The translations under genes were made by a program, and so were the position numbers. From Aeoliella sp. (GTDB lineage: Bacteria > Planctomycetota > Planctomycetia > Pirellulales > Lacipirellulaceae), in contig NZ_CBDDFX010000002.1 in NCBI RefSeq assembly GCF_965227375.1, positions 1,911,537 through 1,975,536 of the forward strand: DNA of 64,000 bases, read 5' to 3'. Below are positions 10,082 through 18,952 of this stretch, piece after piece (positions within the stretch are counted from its first letter, which is position 1; each line of letters starts with the position of its first letter). Below the pieces are notes generated by a model. That model saw only the letters and a program-made list of their open reading frames with translations, had not been told where the DNA came from and ran no database searches.

Positions 10082-10933
10082 ATGACAACCAAAACGATGA
10101 ATGTCGCTCACGTGAAGACGCTCACTGGCCCATCCGCTGAGCCGTTGTTCGATCTGCGGCTGGTTGCGGTGGCCGTTGACCCGAATGATCTGGTCTACAT
10201 GCTCGGCGACGATCGAGTCCGATGCTTCACTTCCGAAGGTGAGCCGGTGCGGAATTTCCAACTCGACGCGTTGGGATGGTCGCTCTTGGCCGAAGAAGAC
10301 AAGCTGTGGATCGGTTTCGATGGGAAGGTCCGATCGTACTCGCCCGATGGAAAGCCGTTGACGATCATCGCAGACGCCCGATTGGGGCGTATCACATCGA
10401 TCGCCTCGGCAGGCGAAAGCTTGGTGCTTGCCGACTCAACTAACCGGGCAGTCCATCGCTACTCGCGCGACGGCAAGTACCTTGGCGACATGGGGGCGGA
10501 GGCCAACACGCGAGGATTCATGATCCCCAACGGCATTCTCGACCTGGCCCGCGATCCCAGCACCGGTTCGGTCGTCGTTGCCCATCCGCAGAAGCATCGA
10601 GTCGAGCGATACGACGCCGCGGGTCCGTTGCTCTCCAAGTGGGGACGTTTTGGCATGCATGAACCGGGCGACTTTGGTGGGTGCTGCAACCCGACGAACA
10701 TTGCCGTGGCCCAGGAGGGGATGATTGCGGTGAGCGAGAAAGCCCCACCGCGCATCAAGCTGTACGACGGCGACGGGAACTTAGAACTAGTTGTCGACGA
10801 GGAGGTCTTCGATCCGAACACGAAGAACATCGATCTGGCGTTCGACTCGAAGAATCGGTTGTATGCTACCGATCCGCTTCGCAAGGTGGTCGAAGTGTTC
10901 GAACTCCAAGAGTCCGAGGAGTCGGAGCCATGA
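10082..10933 (+). CDS. NHL-repeat (six-bladed beta-propeller) protein
   Basis: Repeated modules of the form ...DGKYLGDMG..., ...PNGILDLARDPSTGSVVVA..., ...PTNIAVAQEGMIAVSE..., ...RLYATDPLRKVVEVF resemble NHL repeats. The start ATG at 10082 directly follows the previous stop, and the gene's own stop overlaps the next start (ATGA at 10930). Confidence 0.7.
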   Translation: MTTKTMNVAHVKTLTGPSAEPLFDLRLVAVAVDPNDLVYMLGDDRVRCFTSEGEPVRNFQLDALGWSLLAEEDKLWIGFDGKVRSYSPDGKPLTIIADARLGRITSIASAGESLVLADSTNRAVHRYSRDGKYLGDMGAEANTRGFMIPNGILDLARDPSTGSVVVAHPQKHRVERYDAAGPLLSKWGRFGMHEPGDFGGCCNPTNIAVAQEGMIAVSEKAPPRIKLYDGDGNLELVVDEEVFDPNTKNIDLAFDSKNRLYATDPLRKVVEVFELQESEESEP

Positions 10934-11547
10934 ACGAGCAGAATCGACGAGACTTTCTTCGGCACTCCGGTCGGGCGGCTTGCGCTATTGCGATCGGCAG
11001 GGTGGGCTTCGAACTAGGCCGGAGAGCCTGCGCCGAAGACGCATGGGTGATTGCGCCCAATCAGTGCATCAACATTCGCCTGGGAGTCACCGGCGCGGTG
11101 AACGTGTGCGACGCATGCGCGACTAGCTGTGTGCTGCCACTGTCGGCTGTGCGTGCGGTGAACGATCACTCGGCTTGCGGACGGTGCTGTATCTGCCCGG
11201 CTTACTACGACGTGCTGAGTCCCACCGGCTCGGACGGACTGCCGACCAAAAAGCTCTGCCCACGTGATGCGATTACGCGGACGCCGATCGGCGAGGTCGA
11301 TCCTTATGATCCACTGAATAACTTCTACGAATACACGATCGATGAAGAGAAGTGCAATGGTTGCGGTCAGTGCGTGATGGAGTGCAAGGACCCCGCGGGT
11401 CTGGGCTCGATCCGCTTGGAGGTGCGCAACGATCTGTGCCTGCGCTGCAACCGCTGCAGCATCGCGGAAGTCTGTCCCGAAGATGCGTATCTACGCGCCG
11501 GCCCCGAACCTCGCCCGTCGCAGCAGTTGGAGGGGGGCCACGGATGA
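10930..11547 (+). CDS. Tat-exported 4Fe-4S ferredoxin (NapG/MauM-like periplasmic ferredoxin)
   Basis: MNEQNRRDFLRHSG twin-arginine leader. Multiple Cys clusters (CDACATSC, CGRCCICP, CNGCGQCVMEC, CLRCNRCSIAEVCP) typical of poly-[4Fe-4S] ferredoxins. ATGA overlap with both upstream and downstream genes. Confidence 0.8.
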   Translation: MNEQNRRDFLRHSGRAACAIAIGRVGFELGRRACAEDAWVIAPNQCINIRLGVTGAVNVCDACATSCVLPLSAVRAVNDHSACGRCCICPAYYDVLSPTGSDGLPTKKLCPRDAITRTPIGEVDPYDPLNNFYEYTIDEEKCNGCGQCVMECKDPAGLGSIRLEVRNDLCLRCNRCSIAEVCPEDAYLRAGPEPRPSQQLEGGHG

Positions 11548-12587
11548 TTGTGCCGCGCTGTGCCTCTGGAGTGCACATCGCGAGCCGTCTCGTGGCGGTG
11601 GTGCTGGTTGTGGTGCTTGGCACCAGTTCGCCGCAGTCGGGGCTCGCACAGGAATACGAACGCCCTGTGGCCAACGCGCCGCAGGCGGAAGATATCGGCG
11701 GTGGTTACGAAGTCCCTGCCGTGCAGCGGACGCCACCGCGCTCGTTGGCGATGCATGTACTCGACATCGTGCTGCTCGTGGCGGGGATGGCGGTTATCGC
11801 GTGGGTCGTTCGCCGCGGACGCCGCCGCTGGGTGATCACGTTGGTGACGCTACTGTCGCTGGCGTACTTTGGATTTTACCGCCAGGGATGTGTCTGTCCG
11901 ATCGGAGCTACCCAGAACGTGGCTGCGTCGTTGGCCGATCCGACGTCGGCCGTGCCACTGGTGGTGCTGGCGTTCTTTCTGCTGCCGCTAATCGCAGCGC
12001 TGCTGGTGGGGCGAGTTTTTTGTGGTGGTGTCTGCCCGTTGGGTGCAATTCAAGACGTGGTGCTGCTGCGCCCGATACAAACGCCCCGTACGTTTGATCG
12101 CTGGGCTGGGGCCATCAAGTATCTCTACTTAGGTGCAGCGATCTGGTTTGCCGTGAAAGTGGCCGCCCAGCGCGACTTCATCATCTGTCGTTTCGATCCA
12201 TTCGTGGGCTTCTTCCGGCTCAACGGTACCGCGTGGATGCTTGGTTTTGGTGTGGCACTGCTGGCGATCGGTACTGTTGTCGGGCGCCCGTACTGCCGTT
12301 ATCTCTGCCCGTATGGCGGCCTACTGGCGATCGTATCGCGGTTTGCCTTCTGGCCCGTGAAGATCACGCCCGACGAGGAACTCGACTGCGGCCTCTGCGT
12401 CGACAGCTGCCCGTATGGTGCGATCAAGGACCTCAGGGCCGAGCCCAGCAAGTGCCTGGCGTGCGCGCGGTGCTTCGCCCATTGCCCGCGACAACAGCTT
12501 GCTTGGGGCGAGATCGAGCTAGTGCAGCTCGAAGAAATGGTTGCCGAGGCGAAGGCGAGCCGCCAGGTACACGAGGGAGACGCATGA
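11544..12587 (+). CDS. NapH/MauN-like integral membrane polyferredoxin
   Basis: Several transmembrane helices with CxxCP-type motifs (GCVCPIG, CGGVCPLG, YCRYLCPYGG) plus C-terminal CxxCxxC...CP ferredoxin motifs (CGLCVDSCPYG, CLACARCFAHCP): the hallmark architecture of the NapH/MauN/NosH family. The start is chosen at the MIVPRC Met, which overlaps the upstream stop. Confidence 0.8.
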   Translation: MIVPRCASGVHIASRLVAVVLVVVLGTSSPQSGLAQEYERPVANAPQAEDIGGGYEVPAVQRTPPRSLAMHVLDIVLLVAGMAVIAWVVRRGRRRWVITLVTLLSLAYFGFYRQGCVCPIGATQNVAASLADPTSAVPLVVLAFFLLPLIAALLVGRVFCGGVCPLGAIQDVVLLRPIQTPRTFDRWAGAIKYLYLGAAIWFAVKVAAQRDFIICRFDPFVGFFRLNGTAWMLGFGVALLAIGTVVGRPYCRYLCPYGGLLAIVSRFAFWPVKITPDEELDCGLCVDSCPYGAIKDLRAEPSKCLACARCFAHCPRQQLAWGEIELVQLEEMVAEAKASRQVHEGDA

Positions 12588-15070
12588 TGGCCCTCGACTT
12601 AAAATCCCGGTTCATGCAGATCGCCACGATTGCATCATGCCTTCTACTGGTGGGCAGCTTAGTGTTGTTGCTGGTCGATCACGTGCAGTGGCTCTCGAAC
12701 TACTCGGCCGCCGAGAATGCCCTGCAGGAAGCAGAAGCCGCCGCACAACTCGATTCAGCCGCCAACGACCGGTTCGAGCAACTGGTCGAAACGCAAACCG
12801 CGGATTCGCTGAGACTGAAGCGTCGCGAGCGAGTGCTTGGTATCGCTGCTCTGGTTGCAGCCGGTGCGTTTTTGCTTCTCGTGCGTCGTCCCGCGCCGGC
12901 GAAGCCTCCCCTGCCCCGCACGTTGGCGGAGTGCATGCCCCAGCGCAGCGGCGAAACCACACCCGCTGAGATTCCCGACTCCGCGGGCGAACCTTCCACA
13001 CAACCGTCTATTGATTTGCAGCCACTGCGCGAGATCGTTGCACGTGAAGGTCGAGAGTCGCACCGGCTCATTCCGCTGCTGCTAGCCATCCAAGCCGAAT
13101 ACCGCTACCTGCCGCAAGCGGCACTGGACGAACTTTGCCGACTGACGGAGATCACTCCCGCGCAGCTGGCCGGCGTGGCTTCGTTCTACACGAAATTCCG
13201 CACCAAGCCGTGCGGCAAGCATCTCGTGCAAATGTGTCGCGGAACGGCGTGTCATGTCGCGGGCGCGGATCGCGTGTTGGAGGAAATGCGGCGTGCCTTC
13301 GGAATCGCTCCAGGGCGTGACACGGATCCTACCGGGCAGGCCACCGTTAATTCCGTTGGCTGCTTGGGCTGCTGCAGCCTGGCGCCGGCTGTGCAGGTGG
13401 ACGACAAGATTCTCGCCAACGTGAAAGTGGAAGACTTGCCGGAGATTGTCGATTATTGTCACGACAAACCCAAAAAACGCAGCGGCTATCTGCCGTTCCG
13501 CAAGCCGACGGAGAGCCATTCGTTGGAGGCAACTTCGGCAGAGATGCTACTGGATTCAGAGCAGTCGGTCGCTCGTATTGTAACCGGCGCGTGGGAGACT
13601 ACCAAAGCGGAAACACTCGAAGAGTACGAGCGCCAAGGCGGCTTCGCTGCGTTGGCCAAGTGCTTGCAGCACACGCCGGAGGAGATCCTCGACGAGATTG
13701 ATCACAGCGGATTGCGTGGCCGCGGCGGCGGGGGATTTCCAGCGGCACAAAAGTGGCGTCTGGTGAGCCTGCAGAGCGGCGAGAAGTTCGTCGTCGCTAA
13801 TGGCGACGAAGGCGATCCTGGCGCGTTCATGGACCGTTCGATCATGGAGACCGCGCCCGCAAGCGTTCTGGAGGGAATGCTCGTCGCCGCGTACGCAGTG
13901 GGTGCTTCGCGGGGCGTGGTGTACGTGCGGAATGAGTATCCTTTGGCGGTGCGGCGGATGCGCGAGACGGTAGATCGCATGCGCGAGAAGGGCTACCTGG
14001 GCGACGGCATCCTGGGGAGCCGTTTCGCGTTCGCCATCGATGTGGTGGAAGGCGCCGGGGCTTTCATCTGTGGCGAGGAGACGGCGCTGCTGCAGTCGGT
14101 GATGGGCCATCGCGGGACGCCGCGCCGACGTCCCCCCTTCCCTGCTGAGTCGGGTTTGTGGGAACGTCCGACACTGGTCAACAACGTCGAGACCTTAGCG
14201 TGCGTGCCATGGATCGTCTGCCATGGCAGTGAGGCGTTTGCTACATTCGGCACCGCAGGCAGCCCCGGCACCAAGGTCTTCTCGCTCGCCGGTAAGGTTC
14301 AGCGGGGCGGACTGGTCGAAGCCCCCATGGGAACGACGATTCGCGAGTTGGTCGAGCAGTATGGAGGTGGAGTTGCCCCTGGCCGGCGATTCAAAGCCGT
14401 GCAGATTGGCGGCCCTTCGGGCGGCTGTCTGCCAGCCGAGTTGGCCGATACGCCCGTCGACTACGAGTCACTTCGCGAACTGAATGCCATCATGGGGTCG
14501 GGTGGGCTGGTGGTGCTGGACGACACCGATTGCATGGTGGACGTGGCGCGCTACTTCCTCGAGTTCACGCAGCACGAGTCCTGTGGGCATTGCACGTTCT
14601 GCCGGATTGGCACGCGAAAGCTGCTCGACCTGCTGGAGAAGCTGTGTGCTGGCAAGGCCAAGAGGCGGGACCTGGAGGAGATCGAAACGCTCGCCCACAG
14701 CGTGGCGCAGGGAAGCTTGTGTGGCCTTGGCAAGACGGCGCCCAATCCGGTGCTCACGACGCTTCGGTACTTCAGGGATGAATACGAAGCACACCTCGAA
14801 GGACGTTGTCCAGCCGGACGATGCAAAGCGCTGATTGAGTACCGAGTGACGCAGGACTGTGTAGGGTGCACATTGTGCGCTCAACACTGCCCAGTTGCCG
14901 CGATCGAGCCCACGCCCTATCGGCAGCACTGGATCGATACCGAGATGTGCACGTGCTGCGATGCTTGTCGCACCACGTGTCCGGAAAATGCCATCGATAC
15001 CTTCAGCACGGCCAAACCGCCTTCGAATACAGTCACCCCTAACCTGCGAAAGCAACCACAGTTGGTGTGA
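12584..15070 (+). CDS. Fused NuoE-like (thioredoxin-like 2Fe-2S) + NuoF-like (FMN/NADH-binding 51-kDa) + C-terminal 2x[4Fe-4S] ferredoxin, with N-terminal transmembrane anchor
   Basis: N-terminal hydrophobic helix (IATIASCLLLVGSLVLLLV). NuoE-like region (CRGTACHVAGA...VGCLGCCSLAPAVQVD). NuoF-like region (GLRGRGGGGFPAAQKW, ANGDEGDPGAF, ESCGHCTFCRIGT). C-terminal CxxCxxCxxxCP x2. ATGATG at 12584 overlaps the upstream stop. Confidence 0.85.
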   Translation: MMALDLKSRFMQIATIASCLLLVGSLVLLLVDHVQWLSNYSAAENALQEAEAAAQLDSAANDRFEQLVETQTADSLRLKRRERVLGIAALVAAGAFLLLVRRPAPAKPPLPRTLAECMPQRSGETTPAEIPDSAGEPSTQPSIDLQPLREIVAREGRESHRLIPLLLAIQAEYRYLPQAALDELCRLTEITPAQLAGVASFYTKFRTKPCGKHLVQMCRGTACHVAGADRVLEEMRRAFGIAPGRDTDPTGQATVNSVGCLGCCSLAPAVQVDDKILANVKVEDLPEIVDYCHDKPKKRSGYLPFRKPTESHSLEATSAEMLLDSEQSVARIVTGAWETTKAETLEEYERQGGFAALAKCLQHTPEEILDEIDHSGLRGRGGGGFPAAQKWRLVSLQSGEKFVVANGDEGDPGAFMDRSIMETAPASVLEGMLVAAYAVGASRGVVYVRNEYPLAVRRMRETVDRMREKGYLGDGILGSRFAFAIDVVEGAGAFICGEETALLQSVMGHRGTPRRRPPFPAESGLWERPTLVNNVETLACVPWIVCHGSEAFATFGTAGSPGTKVFSLAGKVQRGGLVEAPMGTTIRELVEQYGGGVAPGRRFKAVQIGGPSGGCLPAELADTPVDYESLRELNAIMGSGGLVVLDDTDCMVDVARYFLEFTQHESCGHCTFCRIGTRKLLDLLEKLCAGKAKRRDLEEIETLAHSVAQGSLCGLGKTAPNPVLTTLRYFRDEYEAHLEGRCPAGRCKALIEYRVTQDCVGCTLCAQHCPVAAIEPTPYRQHWIDTEMCTCCDACRTTCPENAIDTFSTAKPPSNTVTPNLRKQPQLV

Positions 15071-16647
15071 TGGTCCAAGTTTGGATAGACAACGTGAGCA
15101 TCGATGTGCCGCCGGAGTCCACGGTGCTGCAAGCGGCGCGCAAGTTGGGAGTTGATGTGCCGGCCATGTGCGCGCTAGCCGATCACGAGCCCAACACCTC
15201 GTGCATGTGCTGCCTGGTGCGGGTCGATGGTCGGCAGGACTTCGTGCCATCTTGCGCCACCAAGGTACGCGATGGAATGCGCGTGGAGTCGGAAACACGG
15301 GAAGTGCACGACCTGCGCAAGACTGGCATCGAATTGCTGCTCGCCGATCACGCTGGTGATTGCCACGCGCCCTGCCAGAACACGTGCCCCGCGAAGATGG
15401 ACATCCCCAACATGCTTCGGCTAGTGGCCGAGGGAGACTACCGCGCGGCGCTCGCCACCGTGAAACGCGACATTGCCCTGCCATCAATCCTCGGGCGCGT
15501 CTGCCCGGAAGTGTGCGAACAGGCGTGTCGGCGCGGGCAGCACGACAGCCCGGCAGCAATCTGTAAGCTTAAACGATTCGTCGCCGATCGCGATCTCGAG
15601 TCGCCCAACCCCTACGAGCCCGAACTTGCCCCTGACTCGGGCAAGCGCGTTGCAGTAGTCGGCGCCGGCCCAACAGGACTCACGGCCGTCTATCACTTGC
15701 GTCTGCAGGGGCATCGATGCACACTGATCGACCTCGCGGACAACCCCGGAGGTCGGCTCCGCAACGAGTTTTCCAGCGAACTATCCGACGACACCCTGCA
15801 AGCCGAAGCCAATACCGTGCTTTCGCTAGGAGTGGACTGCCGATGGAACGAGAGCCTCGACTCGGTGGATGCACTTAGATACCTGATGAGCGAGTACGAC
15901 GCGGTGCTGCTGGCCATAGGACGCGCGGCGCTGTCGTGCGGTGCACTGGCGGACGTCGCCATGACGAAGAGCGGTGTGAAGATCGAAGCGAGCCGTCGGA
16001 TGACGTCGCACGAAGGGCTGTTTGCCGCAGGCAACGCGGTGCGGCCGTACAAGCTGGTGGTGCAGTCGGTTGCCGAAGGGAAGCTGGCCGCCGAGTGCAT
16101 CGATGGGTGGCTACGCGGCGCACCTCCGCCGGATCGCCGTCACGCCTACGAGACGCGCCTGGCCCGGCTCACCAACCAGGAGTTGTGTGACTTCTGCGAT
16201 GGTGCGGTCCCCACGGCCCGTGTGGATAGTCGCTTGCTCGAGGAAGCCTCCGAGGAGGCTGCCCGTAGCGAGGCCGAGCGATGCCTGGAGTGCGATTGCC
16301 GCGCATTGGCCAGTTGTCTGCTGCATCACTATGCGGCCATGTACGATTGCGACGCGCATCGCTACCGAGGAGAAGGGCGTCGATTCGAAGGCCGATTGGT
16401 GGGCGAGCGAGTGACGCTCGAGCAGGGCAAGTGCATCTTGTGCGGCATCTGTGTGCAACTCGCTGCCGAAACGCCCGACGCGGCGGGGCTCGCGGTGATG
16501 CACCGCGGGACCGCCACTCGTTTGTCGCCGCCGCCCGGTAGTTCGCTGGACGAAGCCCTCGGCAGCGCCGCCTTGCGCTGTGCCGAAGCCTGTCCCACCG
16601 GAGCCATCGTTTTGCATGAGACGACCTCTGCGTCTTCTTTGCGCTGA
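15067..16647 (+). CDS. 2Fe-2S (NuoG N-terminal-like) + GltD-like FAD/NAD(P)H oxidoreductase + C-terminal Fe-S domain
   Basis: N-terminus VWIDNVSIDVPP...CALADHEPNTSCMCCLV is NuoG/FdhA-type 2Fe-2S. The GltD-like N-terminal domain (CPAKMDIPNM...RVCPEVCEQAC), dinucleotide-binding motif (VAVVGAGPTGLTAV) and C-terminal AGNAV...VVQSVAEGKLAA are typical of the glutamate synthase small-subunit family. Extra Cys-rich C-terminal domain. The start overlaps the upstream stop (GTGATG). Confidence 0.85.
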   Translation: MMVQVWIDNVSIDVPPESTVLQAARKLGVDVPAMCALADHEPNTSCMCCLVRVDGRQDFVPSCATKVRDGMRVESETREVHDLRKTGIELLLADHAGDCHAPCQNTCPAKMDIPNMLRLVAEGDYRAALATVKRDIALPSILGRVCPEVCEQACRRGQHDSPAAICKLKRFVADRDLESPNPYEPELAPDSGKRVAVVGAGPTGLTAVYHLRLQGHRCTLIDLADNPGGRLRNEFSSELSDDTLQAEANTVLSLGVDCRWNESLDSVDALRYLMSEYDAVLLAIGRAALSCGALADVAMTKSGVKIEASRRMTSHEGLFAAGNAVRPYKLVVQSVAEGKLAAECIDGWLRGAPPPDRRHAYETRLARLTNQELCDFCDGAVPTARVDSRLLEEASEEAARSEAERCLECDCRALASCLLHHYAAMYDCDAHRYRGEGRRFEGRLVGERVTLEQGKCILCGICVQLAAETPDAAGLAVMHRGTATRLSPPPGSSLDEALGSAALRCAEACPTGAIVLHETTSASSLR

Positions 16648-16960
16648 CGAGAGTCGAGTTTGGAAAACCAGGCCTTCTGACGCTCACCCTCTGCTGAGAA
16701 ACGGTAAAATACGTCTTGTTAAAGTAGTTTTATTGCAATCCGCAATCGATTGTGCTACGATCGCCGCCAGCTTGTATTTCATCTCTTATCGCTAGTCGGA
16801 GTAGGTATCGGCGTAGTCCCATATACGGTTCGCGGCGCGCAATCCTCGGCGATGTTGCCCTTCGTCGTTGTTGGACCATTCTCTCTTCGCGCCTAATTTG
16901 CCGACAAGACTCCGCGGCTGACTGCCCCTTGCCCCTCGTCACCCCCCCAATTTCAGCCAA

Positions 16961-17971
16961 ATGTTCGTCGTCGATAGCTATCCGCTGGCCGTTGTACTGT
17001 GCGTGGTCACGATGTTCTGCTGGGGTTCGTGGGCCAACACCCAAAAGGCGACCGGTGACAACTGGCGTTTTGAACTCTTCTACTGGGACTACGTATTCGG
17101 CGTGGTTCTCATGTCACTCGTGTTCGCATTCACCTTGGGCAGCATCGGAGAGGGGGGCCGCTCGTTTATGGACGATGTCCAACAGGCGGAGGCCGGCAAC
17201 ATGGGGTCAGCGATGCTCGGCGGGGTGGTGTTCAACCTGGCCAACATTCTGCTCGTGGCCGCCATTGAACTCGTCGGGATGTCGGTCGCGTTTCCCATCG
17301 GGATTGGCTGCGCATTGATCGTAGGTGTTGCGGTGAGCTACTACTTGGATCCTCAGGGAAGCGCGGGATTGCTGGCCGTGGGCGTTGGCTTCATCCTCGG
17401 GGCCATCATCCTCGACGCCCTTGCCTATCGACGGATCCCAGGGCAGGGCGCCAGCGTCTCTTCGAAGGGGCTCATACTCTGCTTGGCGTGCGGGTTGTTG
17501 ATGGGGATGTTCTATCCGCTCGTGGCCCGCTCCATGAGCGCGACATCGGATAATCCCATGGTGCTCGATCCCGGCAAGCTCAGTCCCTACACGGCCGTGG
17601 TCTTTTTCAGCTTGGGCGTCTTGCTCAGCAATTTGGTGTTCAATCCGATCATCATGGCAAAGCCATTCGCCGGCGAGCCGGTTGGTCTGCGCGAGTACTT
17701 GGCCGGCACCTCCTGGCAGCACACCCTGGGGGTGATTGGCGGCATGATTTGGTGCGTCGGCATGACGCTCAGCATTCTGGCTGCAACCAAGGCGGGGCCC
17801 GCCATTTCCTACGGCCTGGGACAGTGCGCCACAATGATTGCAGCCATATGGGGCGTTTTCATCTGGAGGGAGTTCCGCACGGCAAGCAAAGGGACTGGTC
17901 TACTACTAACGGCCATGTTCGCCTGCTTCGCCATCGGCATTTGGGTACTGGTCATGGCAAAAGGAGCTTGA
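16961..17971 (+). CDS. GRP-family (glucose/ribose porter, RbsU/GlcU-like) sugar transporter
   Basis: About 10 predicted transmembrane helices and a small size typical of the DMT-superfamily GRP family. Immediately upstream of, and 2 nt from, the ribokinase gene. Confidence 0.65.
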   Translation: MFVVDSYPLAVVLCVVTMFCWGSWANTQKATGDNWRFELFYWDYVFGVVLMSLVFAFTLGSIGEGGRSFMDDVQQAEAGNMGSAMLGGVVFNLANILLVAAIELVGMSVAFPIGIGCALIVGVAVSYYLDPQGSAGLLAVGVGFILGAIILDALAYRRIPGQGASVSSKGLILCLACGLLMGMFYPLVARSMSATSDNPMVLDPGKLSPYTAVVFFSLGVLLSNLVFNPIIMAKPFAGEPVGLREYLAGTSWQHTLGVIGGMIWCVGMTLSILAATKAGPAISYGLGQCATMIAAIWGVFIWREFRTASKGTGLLLTAMFACFAIGIWVLVMAKGA

Positions 17972-17972
17972 T

Positions 17973-18932
17973 ATGGATGGTGCGCCAGCGACAGGTCCTT
18001 CACGCGTTGTCGTTGTGGGAAGCTGCAACATGGACCTGATCATCCATGGTCAATCGTTGCCCAAGCCCGGCGAGACGGTCATCGGTGGCGAGTTCTCGAT
18101 GGCCAGCGGCGGCAAAGGGGCCAACCAGGCGATTGCCGCCGCCAGAATGGGGGCCGAAGTGTCGCTCGTTGGCTGCCTGGGAGACGATCTATTCGGAAAC
18201 CAGCTCGCCGGGAACTACCGCGATGAATCGATCTCAACAGAACATCTGAACGTCGTTGCGGATGCTGCCACCGGTATTGCGCTCATCCTGGTGGACCAAG
18301 CGGGCGAGAACATCATCTCCGTGGCGGCCGGCGCGAACGCACGACTCACTCCTGACGATGTCGAGCAGGCCATCACCGCGATGGATGAGTTCTCCGTGTT
18401 GCTCTTGCAGTTGGAAGTTCCTCTGGAGACCGTGGAAGCGGCGGCCAAGGCCGCCAAAAGACGCGGCGCCACGGTAGTGCTCGATCCGGCTCCTGCAGCG
18501 TCACTCCCGCTGGAGCTTCTGCAGCACGTCGACATCATTACTCCCAACGAAACAGAGGCCGCCATCCTCACGGGACTCAAGCCAGAACTAGACAACTTCG
18601 CCGAGCTGGCCTCCCATCGCCTGCAAGAGATGGGAGTGGCCAATGTTATCGTGACGCTGGGCTCCAAAGGGTGCTGCTTGGCGACGGATGATGGGATGAG
18701 CGTTGTGCCTGCGTACGAAGTGCAGCCTGTCGATACGACCGCAGCCGGCGACGCCTTCAACGGTGCGCTGGCGTCCGCCTTGGCGCGTGGGTTGCCACTC
18801 TGCGAGGCGATTGCGCAGATCGCCAGTTTGGCCGCGGCCCTGTCGACCACAAAGCATGGCGCGCAGCCTTCGTTGCCAACCAGAGAAGAGATAGAGGAGT
18901 TCCGGGCGGCCGCACGAGTTCAATGCGGCTGA
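17973..18932 (+). CDS. rbsK: Ribokinase
   Basis: [11 protein letters not shown] (GSxNxD), GGKGANQA, and the C-terminal anion-hole motif [14 protein letters not shown], characteristic of PfkB-family ribokinase. Confidence 0.9.
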   Translation: MDGAPATGPSRVVVVGSCNMDLIIHGQSLPKPGETVIGGEFSMASGGKGANQAIAAARMGAEVSLVGCLGDDLFGNQLAGNYRDESISTEHLNVVADAATGIALILVDQAGENIISVAAGANARLTPDDVEQAITAMDEFSVLLLQLEVPLETVEAAAKAAKRRGATVVLDPAPAASLPLELLQHVDIITPNETEAAILTGLKPELDNFAELASHRLQEMGVANVIVTLGSKGCCLATDDGMSVVPAYEVQPVDTTAAGDAFNGALASALARGLPLCEAIAQIASLAAALSTTKHGAQPSLPTREEIEEFRAAARVQCG

Positions 18933-18952
18933 CTGGTTATGTCGCTGGGAGG

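Noticed and set aside
12233-12583. Upstream in-frame extension of the NuoEF ORF (track start at 12233) and analogous long 5' extensions of ORFs at 10681, 11352, 34399, 36610, 40697, 44802, 47294, 48181, 61745
   Set aside because: The extensions overlap the 3' ends of the preceding well-supported genes in another frame. They lack start context. In each case an internal Met at an ATGA/ATGATG junction, or preceded by a Shine-Dalgarno sequence and followed by a signal peptide, gives a far more plausible start.
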